Below are positions 8,721 through 17,163 of a stretch of 34,338 nt of DNA, one piece after another. Each line of letters starts with the position of its first letter. Position 1 is the first letter of the stretch. The stretch is from positions 1 to 34,338 of IMG/VR virus record IMGVR_UViG_3300020045_007366. The stretch is one strand, 5' to 3'. The translations under genes were made by a program, and so were the position numbers. The notes under the pieces were generated by a model, which ran no database searches, was not told the origin of the DNA, and saw only the letters and a list, made by a program, of their open reading frames with translations. Source of the DNA: a virus. Its lineage: Duplodnaviria > Caudoviricetes.

Positions 8721-11125
8721 AGAAACTTATCATGGCATTGTTGATGATGCCTTCTTTATGTTATGCCTTACCACCTGGATCTAAAGTAGAACCTATTGGC
8801 GTTCCTAGTGGTGGATTGGATACGAACAATCCGTCATTTAAATTAAGTTCAAAGTTTAGTCCATATATGAGAAACGTTTACATAGATAATGGAAAAATTG
8901 AGGGGATTAAAGGGTTTACAGTATTGGGAAGTACATTTTCCCTTCAAAAGGTTACAGGAATATTCCCTTTTTATAGGGAAAGCGGATTGACTACTTTTTT
9001 AGTTACGGATTCCAGTGTTACTATGGAAACGACTGATTTCAATACATGGGTTATGATTAGTTCCAGGTCAAATACAGGGTCAAACATGAACTGGATGCAA
9101 GTTAGGAATAAGATGTGGGGGTTTAATGGGGTAGACTTCGTTTTGACTTGGGATGGATCTGTTTTGCAGAAATTGAACGGAGCATTAGGTATGCCGAACG
9201 TGCCTAAATTCAAGTACGGAGCATACTGGCAAGAACGAGTCTGGGGATTCAATAATCCTTCAGGAGCATCGGATTTGGATTTTAGCGCAGTCGTAACTAC
9301 AGACGCTGTCATTATCAATCCCGATGATTATAGGGCATGGCCTGTAACTAATAACCTTAAAATTGGTCAAGGAGACGGAGAGATTGGGACGGCTTTATAC
9401 GTTAGAGATGGGCAGCTTAGATGTGGGAAGGAAAGGTCGCAATACACAATTTACGGCACGAATGTATCAAACTATTTTCCTCGCAAGAATTCGTCCAACT
9501 CCATTGGGATTGTGTCTAACGATAGCGTGGTAAACATGGACGATCATACATATTATTTAAGCCAAAACGGGATTTATCAGGATGAACAGAGGATTTCTGA
9601 TTTAATTCAGGATGATGTTGAGCAAATCTATAAAGGTAAGGTTCAAGTGATTGGCAATGTGTGGGAAAGCGCAGGAGATTTCATTGCCAAGGGAATGCAA
9701 TTTGGGACTACGGTTACTCCTACCGGATTATTGTCTATGACTACGGTTCAAATATCTACAACTGCGTATGGTGGAGGAAATACGTTTGGATATTTTGATG
9801 ATTCCGTAGACAATTTATCTAACGGGGCCATGAATGCCTCTACAACATTTTACGGCCCCCTCTATGTGAATTTCAATACAAGGGTAAGTTCTGAGGCCCT
9901 AGTCTATTTAAGCAGTATTACGGTATGGATAAATGGATCTGGGGGTCTTAGAACTACAATTTTAAATAGATATACCGGACAATACTATGTAAATGATTTA
10001 CCGAGAAATGATGGAAATGTTCCTAGCTACGGGAATCCGCCTGAAGGTCAATTTTATACTATTCTTTTATCCAGTCAAGCTCCAATATTTGAGGGATGGC
10101 AAATTCATGGGGGCAGTTTTGCGGTTAAATGGGAATTGAGAGATATAGGAAGTTTTCCTACCGATGCCATCACAATTGCATGTTGTGCGAATACGCCGTC
10201 TATTAGCGTAGACCCCTCCGGAAGAACTACACGCGACCCGATTTGGGGTCTTGCTCCTGCGACTACCGTTCAATATGTCTCAGAAGTCACAACTGCCAAT
10301 TCCGTTACGGCTTGGGGTAATTTTGATTCTTTAAACTTTCCAAATCAAGGACAGATAGACTTTTTTATAAAAACAGGCACAGGAGTGCAGGTAGTCTCTC
10401 AATCAACCAATGCCTGGCAACCCATTACGCCAGGAACGATTATTAACGCTGTCACAGCCAATAGGTTTTTTCAATGGGCGACTACAATGTCTGTGGTTCA
10501 GTTTTCTTCAGGCGTAGCCGCAATAGATAATGTAGAAATAGACCATATTGAAGGTGCGGGATCGCTTAACAGGGCTTTTGCAACATCATGGAAAAATAGG
10601 TATTGGCTTGCCACGTCTACCGATGGCGGGGATGTATTTAGCCTTATTTATGTTAAATCCATTATAACAAACGATAACCCACATGCTTGGATGCCATTGG
10701 AAGGCATGAATGTCCGATGTTTTGCCAAGGATGGAAATATTCTTTATGCCGGATCTTCAAGTTCAGGATCGGTTTTAAGACTTGATTATGGCACTAATTA
10801 TGATGGAACTGCAATTCCTTATGTTTATGATACGCCGGACATGACTTTAGGGGCAAACTATACAAGTAAAAGCATACTAAACTACTTCTTAGACGCAGAT
10901 AAGGATACTGCCCTAACCATGAATGTTGGGACATCCATAGATCAGGGCTCATTTAACACGAGAACAATATCTTTGTCCGGTTCCGGAAGGAGTTTGACTA
11001 CTATCAAAGGTGTCACAAATCCTTGTAAGACATTGAGGGTAAAATTGTCTCATAACCAGCTGGATAAGAAGTTTAACATCTATGATTTTTCTGTTCTCTA
11101 TCAGCCTAGCGAGGTATGGGAATGA
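8717..11125 (+). CDS. Tail hub/nozzle (P22 gp10 / T7 gp12-like) with N-terminal signal peptide
   Basis: Follows the adaptor; 'GGLDT...MRNV' N-terminus, beta-propeller-like blades and 'YDTPD..LG...KSI' C-terminus. TTGA overlap with GGGGAG RBS gives MKKLIMALLMMPSLCYA|L. Confidence 0.75.
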   Translation: MKKLIMALLMMPSLCYALPPGSKVEPIGVPSGGLDTNNPSFKLSSKFSPYMRNVYIDNGKIEGIKGFTVLGSTFSLQKVTGIFPFYRESGLTTFLVTDSSVTMETTDFNTWVMISSRSNTGSNMNWMQVRNKMWGFNGVDFVLTWDGSVLQKLNGALGMPNVPKFKYGAYWQERVWGFNNPSGASDLDFSAVVTTDAVIINPDDYRAWPVTNNLKIGQGDGEIGTALYVRDGQLRCGKERSQYTIYGTNVSNYFPRKNSSNSIGIVSNDSVVNMDDHTYYLSQNGIYQDEQRISDLIQDDVEQIYKGKVQVIGNVWESAGDFIAKGMQFGTTVTPTGLLSMTTVQISTTAYGGGNTFGYFDDSVDNLSNGAMNASTTFYGPLYVNFNTRVSSEALVYLSSITVWINGSGGLRTTILNRYTGQYYVNDLPRNDGNVPSYGNPPEGQFYTILLSSQAPIFEGWQIHGGSFAVKWELRDIGSFPTDAITIACCANTPSISVDPSGRTTRDPIWGLAPATTVQYVSEVTTANSVTAWGNFDSLNFPNQGQIDFFIKTGTGVQVVSQSTNAWQPITPGTIINAVTANRFFQWATTMSVVQFSSGVAAIDNVEIDHIEGAGSLNRAFATSWKNRYWLATSTDGGDVFSLIYVKSIITNDNPHAWMPLEGMNVRCFAKDGNILYAGSSSSGSVLRLDYGTNYDGTAIPYVYDTPDMTLGANYTSKSILNYFLDADKDTALTMNVGTSIDQGSFNTRTISLSGSGRSLTTIKGVTNPCKTLRVKLSHNQLDKKFNIYDFSVLYQPSEVWE

Positions 11126-11394
11126 GATGGTTATTTTTAAGTTTAGCTCTATGTGCCTTTACTCCAATTTTTCAAAAACATGATTCAACAGAAAAGATTG
11201 ATGAGGAGTTTGCTAATTTGGAACAAGACGCTCAGTCTCAAGGGTTTAGGATTTTCAACGCAACACCAACGCTTAAAGATTTAAAAGATGGGCAGATAGT
11301 GATTATGAGTACGAATGGTTACACTAGCTTAATGTGGCGTTCAAATATAGAAATATTCTCAGTAAAAGGTTCCTGTGTTACAATTTTTAGGTAA
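11122..11394 (+). CDS. Small tail-associated protein with hydrophobic, signal-like N-terminus
   Basis: ATGA overlap, GAGG RBS; MRWLFLSLALCA|F. Confidence 0.6.
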   Translation: MRWLFLSLALCAFTPIFQKHDSTEKIDEEFANLEQDAQSQGFRIFNATPTLKDLKDGQIVIMSTNGYTSLMWRSNIEIFSVKGSCVTIFR

Positions 11395-11410
11395 TAAGAG
11401 GAGATAATAT

Positions 11411-12601
11411 ATGGCATGGATAAAATTGCAAGACGGAACATATCAAGACCCAACTGTTGGAAGAATAATTGATCCTAGGAATTATTCTGAGGAACAGTTG
11501 ATTAAAATGGGGATACCGATAGATAGTAAACCCTCCCAATCATCTCAACAGACATCTCAGTCTCAATCATCTCCATGGCAATCTGCTCTAAGAACTTACG
11601 AACAGCAAGGAAATTTAACAGATAAGCAAAAACTTGAAATTGCCGCTCTGGGCGGTTCCATGTCGGAAGATTATCGGCCTATATTCCAGCAAGGATTTGA
11701 AAGGGCTGGACAGCCTGAAAATAGCCCTGTTCCTGCATCTTACGTCATATCCGGAACGCAACAGCTTGCGGAATCGTACATTGACCGTTACTTTGAAAAA
11801 ACAGGGAAACTCCCAACCGAAGTCCAGGTTAGAGATTTTGTAGCCACAAATTTAACTCCTTCTTTTGCTAAAGAGATTGTTACAAACTCTACAAATCCAT
11901 CGAAAATAAAGGTTAACTTGGTTGATCCTTATATCCAGAATGAAAAGTTTCAGGAAGAGTTAAATAAGCCTCCGGTTACGCCTACGCCTACGCAGTCTAA
12001 TGCTGGCATGACCAGTCAGCAGATTAACGAACTTTACGCTCCTCTTGAGCAGTATGCTACGAATCAGGTTAGGCAACAGTTTGCGCCTCTACGGGCTAGG
12101 GCTGTAGACGAGGAGGCTGCTTTAGGCCGTTTACGTTCAGGTGTAGCCCGCGACCCTGGTTCAATGATAGGACAAGTGGACGCGAATCAAGGGAATGCTC
12201 TATCAAGCGTTATCGGGAACATTCTAGGCCAGAAGGCATCTGGAACACTTGATTTAGGCAAATTTAATGCTGGACTTGATTTGTCCAAACAGCAGTTAGC
12301 ACAATCCCAAAACCAGTTCATGCAGAATCTTGGGTTTAATCAGAATCAGTTTAATCAAACTATTGGATTACAAAAACAACAGTATGCCGATGCACAGGAC
12401 TTACAAAGACAACAGTTAAATTTAGCCAAGTATTTAGGGCAATTGCAAGGCAAGGGAAAATCAAATAATGGACTTTCTGGTGGGTTAGGTGGGGCGGCTG
12501 GTGGGGCGGCTACTGGAACAGCTATTTTGCCTGGATGGGGAACAGCTATCGGGGGATTAGCTGGAGGACTTATGGGATATTTTGGATCAAGAGAGGACTA
12601 A
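11411..12601 (+). CDS. Internal virion / DNA ejection protein
   Basis: Q/N-rich repeats (QNQFMQNLGFNQNQFNQ) and a C-terminal glycine-zipper 'GGAAGGAATGTAILPGWGTAIGGLAGG'; located after the tail hub. Confidence 0.7.
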   Translation: MAWIKLQDGTYQDPTVGRIIDPRNYSEEQLIKMGIPIDSKPSQSSQQTSQSQSSPWQSALRTYEQQGNLTDKQKLEIAALGGSMSEDYRPIFQQGFERAGQPENSPVPASYVISGTQQLAESYIDRYFEKTGKLPTEVQVRDFVATNLTPSFAKEIVTNSTNPSKIKVNLVDPYIQNEKFQEELNKPPVTPTPTQSNAGMTSQQINELYAPLEQYATNQVRQQFAPLRARAVDEEAALGRLRSGVARDPGSMIGQVDANQGNALSSVIGNILGQKASGTLDLGKFNAGLDLSKQQLAQSQNQFMQNLGFNQNQFNQTIGLQKQQYADAQDLQRQQLNLAKYLGQLQGKGKSNNGLSGGLGGAAGGAATGTAILPGWGTAIGGLAGGLMGYFGSRED

Positions 12602-12602
12602 C

Positions 12603-13856
12603 ATGGCTGATATGAATGATTTGGTTCGACAAATAGCTTACTATCAATCTGGCGGCAAAGATGCTGGAAATAGCAATTTAGATCAATTCAATAAAGCCTA
12701 TGGAACAATTAGTGTTATGGGTAAAGATTTCATGGCTATCCGTAAAGCTCAGGAAGATATTATGACTTCAGCTTTAGCCAGGAAGAAAACGCAGATGGAG
12801 ATTGATACTGGACGTAGGTCAACTACTCCGATTGAAATTACCGCAGGAAGAACTCCTATCCCTGGAATGACAGCAGGCATACAGGCTCCTGGGCAGGTAG
12901 CAGGCATGGAAGGCGAGACTATCGTTCAGGCTCCAACTAAACCTAATTTACCTTCAGGATTAGAGGAATATGGAAAGTTTACGCCAGAGGAAATTCCAAA
13001 ATTAGCAGCAGGTCAAAAGGCTAATGCAGGGCCAGAAATGGTTCCCGTTTCCATGCTTCAGGGGGAACCGTTAGCAAGGGCATTGGCATTAGGAATTTCC
13101 CCAGACAGCATGATTGACGTAAAGAAATTCAATGCTTTTAATCGAGTTGATCCGGCGGCTCCGGTTGGAACAATTAAGCCGGAGGATGCGCTTAAGCTTG
13201 GGAGTATCCCAGGAAACACAAAAGTTATAGATCCTCGTGGGACTTCAATAGGAGATTTGTCTCCAGGGCAACAAACAGCTGCGTTTAAGCTGTCAGATGA
13301 CTTCAGAACTGATTCAACAGACTTTGTTAAAAAAAGAAACTCATATAACAATATTGTTTCTTCCGCTAGGGAAGCCGAAAGTTCTACTGGTGGTTCTGGT
13401 GACTTGGCTTTAATCTATGCCTTTACCAAGCTGCAAGACCCAACAATGGTTACAGAGCAGGAAATTCAAAATGCTGTAAATACGGGAAGTTTTGGCGAGC
13501 AAGTAAAGGCGGCTATGGGCAAGGTTTTGGAAGGTAAAAAGTTGACGCCTGAAATTCGGGAAGGGTTCGTAAAAACAGGAGAAAGAATTTATAGGGAAGC
13601 TCTTAATCAACAGAAAGATTTAACAGAGCAATATAAAATTAGGGGCGATTCGCTTGGCATTGATTCTAAATTGTTTTTGATTGATTATGAGGCTATGGAC
13701 ACAAGGAAACCTATAAATCAAGGACAAACAACTCAGCCTAAAATTGAAAAAAAATCAACTCCTAAAATTCCAGCAGTTGGTGAAAAAAGAAAAGGATATA
13801 TTTTCACAGGCGGTGATCCTGCAAATCAAAATAATTGGATAAAGGAAAAGAAATGA
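12603..13856 (+). CDS. Internal virion / DNA ejection protein
   Basis: GAGGA RBS then ATG 12603; 'GDLALIYAFTKLQDP' motif recalled from podovirus injection proteins; synteny. Confidence 0.65.
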   Translation: MADMNDLVRQIAYYQSGGKDAGNSNLDQFNKAYGTISVMGKDFMAIRKAQEDIMTSALARKKTQMEIDTGRRSTTPIEITAGRTPIPGMTAGIQAPGQVAGMEGETIVQAPTKPNLPSGLEEYGKFTPEEIPKLAAGQKANAGPEMVPVSMLQGEPLARALALGISPDSMIDVKKFNAFNRVDPAAPVGTIKPEDALKLGSIPGNTKVIDPRGTSIGDLSPGQQTAAFKLSDDFRTDSTDFVKKRNSYNNIVSSAREAESSTGGSGDLALIYAFTKLQDPTMVTEQEIQNAVNTGSFGEQVKAAMGKVLEGKKLTPEIREGFVKTGERIYREALNQQKDLTEQYKIRGDSLGIDSKLFLIDYEAMDTRKPINQGQTTQPKIEKKSTPKIPAVGEKRKGYIFTGGDPANQNNWIKEKK

Positions 13857-14881
13857 GTTTTCCTTGGGAGGATTTTAAATCAAAAGAATCTAATCCGTGG
13901 GATGACTTTTCTAAAGAGGAAACTAAAACTTCTACAGAAAAAAAGTCAGTTACCGGAGGTTTATTCGGAACTTTCATTGGCGAGAATAGTGAAACTTTAA
14001 GAAAGGCTAGAATCCCCCAGCAGGTTGTAAGCGGAGTTTCTGAGGGAATGATGGATGCCATTGAGCCGGAAACCCAGAGTGTTGCATTAAATGCTCTTTT
14101 AAGAACTCCTCAAACCATAGCAAGTTTTGGGGCAGATAGGGTTTCCGATTTTGTATCTCCTGAAAATGTCGTAACTTATGGAGCATTAAAAGGCGCACAG
14201 TCCGCTTCTCCTGCTATTAAGGCTGTCGGTAGGGCTATTGGAAGTGGAGCGGAGAAACTATCTGGATTAGGATATAAAACTCCTGGAATTTTGGCAGAGG
14301 TAACAAATAATCCAGGACTACCGTTTAAGCCAGGGGTTGAGGCGGCTAACGAAACCTATGCTCAAATGGTTGATCCTACGCAAATTAGGGAGTCCATGAA
14401 AGTAGTTTTAGGTAAAAAAGAGTTCGTTGAGCAGGCCATACAATTTGCTAAAGACGGAACATTGACTGCCGATGAAGCACTTATAGCTAGACAGGGACTA
14501 GATCAAATCAAAAATACTGTTCCTCGTCCAGTTTTCTTTAATGTTAGGGACATTTTGGATAATATTGCAAAAACTAAGTTTGCTGGTGCTGATGAGGCCA
14601 GGACTATCGCATCTAAGGCAGAAGCACTAAGAAATGTTTTTCCACTAAATAAGGGCGGAACACCGTCAAGATTAGGTCAGTTAGTTCAGGGAGCATCTGT
14701 TGTAGGCGCAAAGTTCAATCCTTATGCTTTAGCCACGGCCCCTCTTATATCGCCAAGGGGGCAAGCTCTTGTGGCTTCTGGAATTGGTATAGCAAGAAAG
14801 GTTGCTGCTCCTATAATGAAAAATCCTTCCCTATCGGCTTATATAGCCAGCATCATGGCCAACAAAGGTAAAAAGAAATGA
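13853..14881 (+). CDS. Internal virion / DNA ejection protein
   Basis: ATGA overlap; 'PWEDF..NPWDDF' N-terminus; A/G-rich helical protein; synteny. Confidence 0.65.
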   Translation: MSFPWEDFKSKESNPWDDFSKEETKTSTEKKSVTGGLFGTFIGENSETLRKARIPQQVVSGVSEGMMDAIEPETQSVALNALLRTPQTIASFGADRVSDFVSPENVVTYGALKGAQSASPAIKAVGRAIGSGAEKLSGLGYKTPGILAEVTNNPGLPFKPGVEAANETYAQMVDPTQIRESMKVVLGKKEFVEQAIQFAKDGTLTADEALIARQGLDQIKNTVPRPVFFNVRDILDNIAKTKFAGADEARTIASKAEALRNVFPLNKGGTPSRLGQLVQGASVVGAKFNPYALATAPLISPRGQALVASGIGIARKVAAPIMKNPSLSAYIASIMANKGKKK

Positions 14882-16407
14882 AAAAATGGCTCCTAGCTCT
14901 ACTATTCATACCTAGCATTTCTTACGCAGATGGCGGTGGTGGGATTAATTTAACCCTTAATCCTAAGGCTCTTTTAAAATCTACAAACACATGGCAAGCA
15001 CCTCAAGTATTCCTATCCTCTACAACTTTTTCCAGTTCAACACTTAAAATAGGGGTTATGGTTTATTTTATGCCATCTTCAGCCCCGCCTACTTCAGATT
15101 CAGTTCTTCATTATAATTGGATTAGTTCAAAGGTTTATTTTGGTGGTGATGGCGGGGGTTCAGGAGGAGGGGGAGGCGGAAGTGGAGGATGGATTTATGA
15201 CGGTATAACCAATAATCCTTTCTCTACATTCACTGTGACAGGAGCAACTTACGATTTCAGCAATGGAATTGCAACAATAACCGTAACTGGAGGCGGTGGG
15301 TCAGACAATCTCGGCAGCCACGTTTCCACGAGAACGCTTATTTTGCCTTTTGGGATTTCAGCTTCAAGCGGGGTCTTTTCCAGTTCAATAAATGTCATGG
15401 GGGTTATCGTATCCTCATCTTCGGCTCTTTTGGGTGGAGCCACGATTCAGGGGAATTTAATGGTGTCTCAATTCGTTGGGATTGGAACGGGCACGCCTGT
15501 ATATGATCTCCATATTTTAAGGCCCTCAGGTTTTGTTTATAGTGCTTTGCAGGCCCTCGATGCTTCCGGTGCGGCGTTTAGCCTTGGGTTCAATGATAGC
15601 GGAAAGGATTATCTTTTTGGAATTTATGGATCAGGAGCGGCCGGGACGTATTTCGGTGGGGTTCCAAACGCGGATGCGGCTTTGTTTGCGGCAGAGGGAG
15701 CAAGCAGTTTGGGTTTTGGGACATCGGCTAATTCTCCGATAGTTTTGGGGACTACGAACATTGAACGAATGAGAATATATGGCAATGGGGCAATCGTTTC
15801 CAAGGGTAGCATGACTATCACAGGCGCTGGAGGAGCTGAAGTCACTTACGGGGCGACTGTCGGCACGTTAACCGTGACATCGGGAATAACATTCACTCAA
15901 AGTTACAAGGCCGCCGTCTGTCAATCCGACAATGCTTCTCTTGGGTTTTCAGCGTTCACATCCAGCCAACCAAGCGCGGTATGCGCTCAAAGCTCAACGA
16001 CTGTTTTTGGGTATGCTCAATTTCTTGAAGTTTCGACCAAGGCCGTTCAGGATCATTTTTCTTTGCCTACGGATTGGGTGGGTGCGATGGATGCGAACAT
16101 CGTTTGGATGTCTACTGAAACATCTGGAAACGTGGTATGGCAAATAAAGACAGGGTGCGTAGCCGATGCTGAAATGTCAACAGTCACATGGAATGCCGCC
16201 AGCACGGTTACGGATGCTACTAAATCCATTGCGGGCAGGTTCAATCAAGCGTCTATCTCTGGAATCACTACAACGGGATGTGCTGGCGGCGAGGAACTTT
16301 TCTTTGATTTTAGGCGAGAGGGCGGCCATGCTTCGGACTCGATGGTCTCCATAGCGAATTTGGTGACGTTACAGCTTGTCATACGCAGGACTTTGGGACT
16401 GCAATAG
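14878..16407 (+). CDS. Tail fibre/spike-like protein with signal peptide
   Basis: MKKWLLALLFIPSISYA|D; Gly linkers, S/T-rich segments, fibre-type 'VGIGTGTP..DLHI' and 'GTTNIERMRI' motifs; C-terminal beta-sandwich with 4 Cys. Confidence 0.7.
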   Translation: MKKWLLALLFIPSISYADGGGGINLTLNPKALLKSTNTWQAPQVFLSSTTFSSSTLKIGVMVYFMPSSAPPTSDSVLHYNWISSKVYFGGDGGGSGGGGGGSGGWIYDGITNNPFSTFTVTGATYDFSNGIATITVTGGGGSDNLGSHVSTRTLILPFGISASSGVFSSSINVMGVIVSSSSALLGGATIQGNLMVSQFVGIGTGTPVYDLHILRPSGFVYSALQALDASGAAFSLGFNDSGKDYLFGIYGSGAAGTYFGGVPNADAALFAAEGASSLGFGTSANSPIVLGTTNIERMRIYGNGAIVSKGSMTITGAGGAEVTYGATVGTLTVTSGITFTQSYKAAVCQSDNASLGFSAFTSSQPSAVCAQSSTTVFGYAQFLEVSTKAVQDHFSLPTDWVGAMDANIVWMSTETSGNVVWQIKTGCVADAEMSTVTWNAASTVTDATKSIAGRFNQASISGITTTGCAGGEELFFDFRREGGHASDSMVSIANLVTLQLVIRRTLGLQ

Positions 16408-16415
16408 GAGGGGTC

Positions 16416-16724
16416 ATGGCAGATCAAGTTTTTGTTCAAGTTCGGTATAAGATGGTTCACGAAGGTCACGAGTTTAACGACTGCCTATATTTCACCGAGC
16501 CGGAATACGCCAGCACAACGCAAGGCAAGATTGAGGACATGAAACAAGCAAGGTTTGATAAATGGGTGGCTGTTATCGTAAATCCTCCTCCTGCCGTTGA
16601 GCCCACAAAAGAACAGCTTGAAGAAATGGAAGCCATGCTCTTGAAACAGCTTGAAGAAGTCCAGGCGCAGATCGTGGCAAAGACTCCGCCTCCTGCGCCG
16701 GAACCTGAACCGGAGCCACTCTAA
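16416..16724 (+). CDS. Small protein, possible fibre assembly chaperone
   Basis: AGGAGG RBS; coiled coil and a (PE)n tail; lies between the two fibre genes. Confidence 0.55.
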   Translation: MADQVFVQVRYKMVHEGHEFNDCLYFTEPEYASTTQGKIEDMKQARFDKWVAVIVNPPPAVEPTKEQLEEMEAMLLKQLEEVQAQIVAKTPPPAPEPEPEPL

Positions 16725-16762
16725 ATGGCGGTAAAGGCAGAGTTTAATATGCTGATGCGACA

Positions 16763-16771
16763 TGGTATAAT
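16763..16771 (+). promoter_or_regulatory. Extended -10 promoter for a leaderless HNH gene
   Basis: TGgTATAAT ending 6 nt before ATG 16778; no RBS. Confidence 0.6.
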
Positions 16772-16777
16772 ACGTCT

Positions 16778-17140
16778 ATGGAAAATAGAGACAATCATGG
16801 TAGATTTACTAAGGGGCATAAGACTAATATTGGGAATAAATTTAGATTGGGTAAAACTGCTTGGAACAAAGATAAAAAGATACAGACCAATACTGGAAGA
16901 ACTCATTTCAAAAAAGGTTTCACTCCTTGGAATAAAGGATTACTCTTTGGTGAACCCACATATTGGCAATTACATAAATGGGTTCCTAAGAATTTGGGGA
17001 AAGCTAAAAAGTGTGTATTTTGTAAAACTGAAACAGCCAAGAAGTATGAGTGGGCAAATAAAAGTCACGAATATAAAAGAGAATTATCAGATTGGCTGGA
17101 ACTCTGCACTAAATGCCATAGAGCATACGACAAGAAATAA
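16778..17140 (+). mobile_element. Free-standing NUMOD3/HNH-like homing endonuclease gene
   Basis: 'FKKGFTPWNKG'-type repeats, CxxC, 'YEWANKS...DW..LC..CH..YD'; AT-rich relative to the flanking fibre genes; has its own promoter. Confidence 0.7.
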
Positions 17141-17163
17141 TTCCTTCAGTAACCTAAAACCAT

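Noticed and set aside
15130-15190. GGN-rich low-complexity stretch as a repeat element
   Set aside because: It simply encodes a Gly linker in the fibre.
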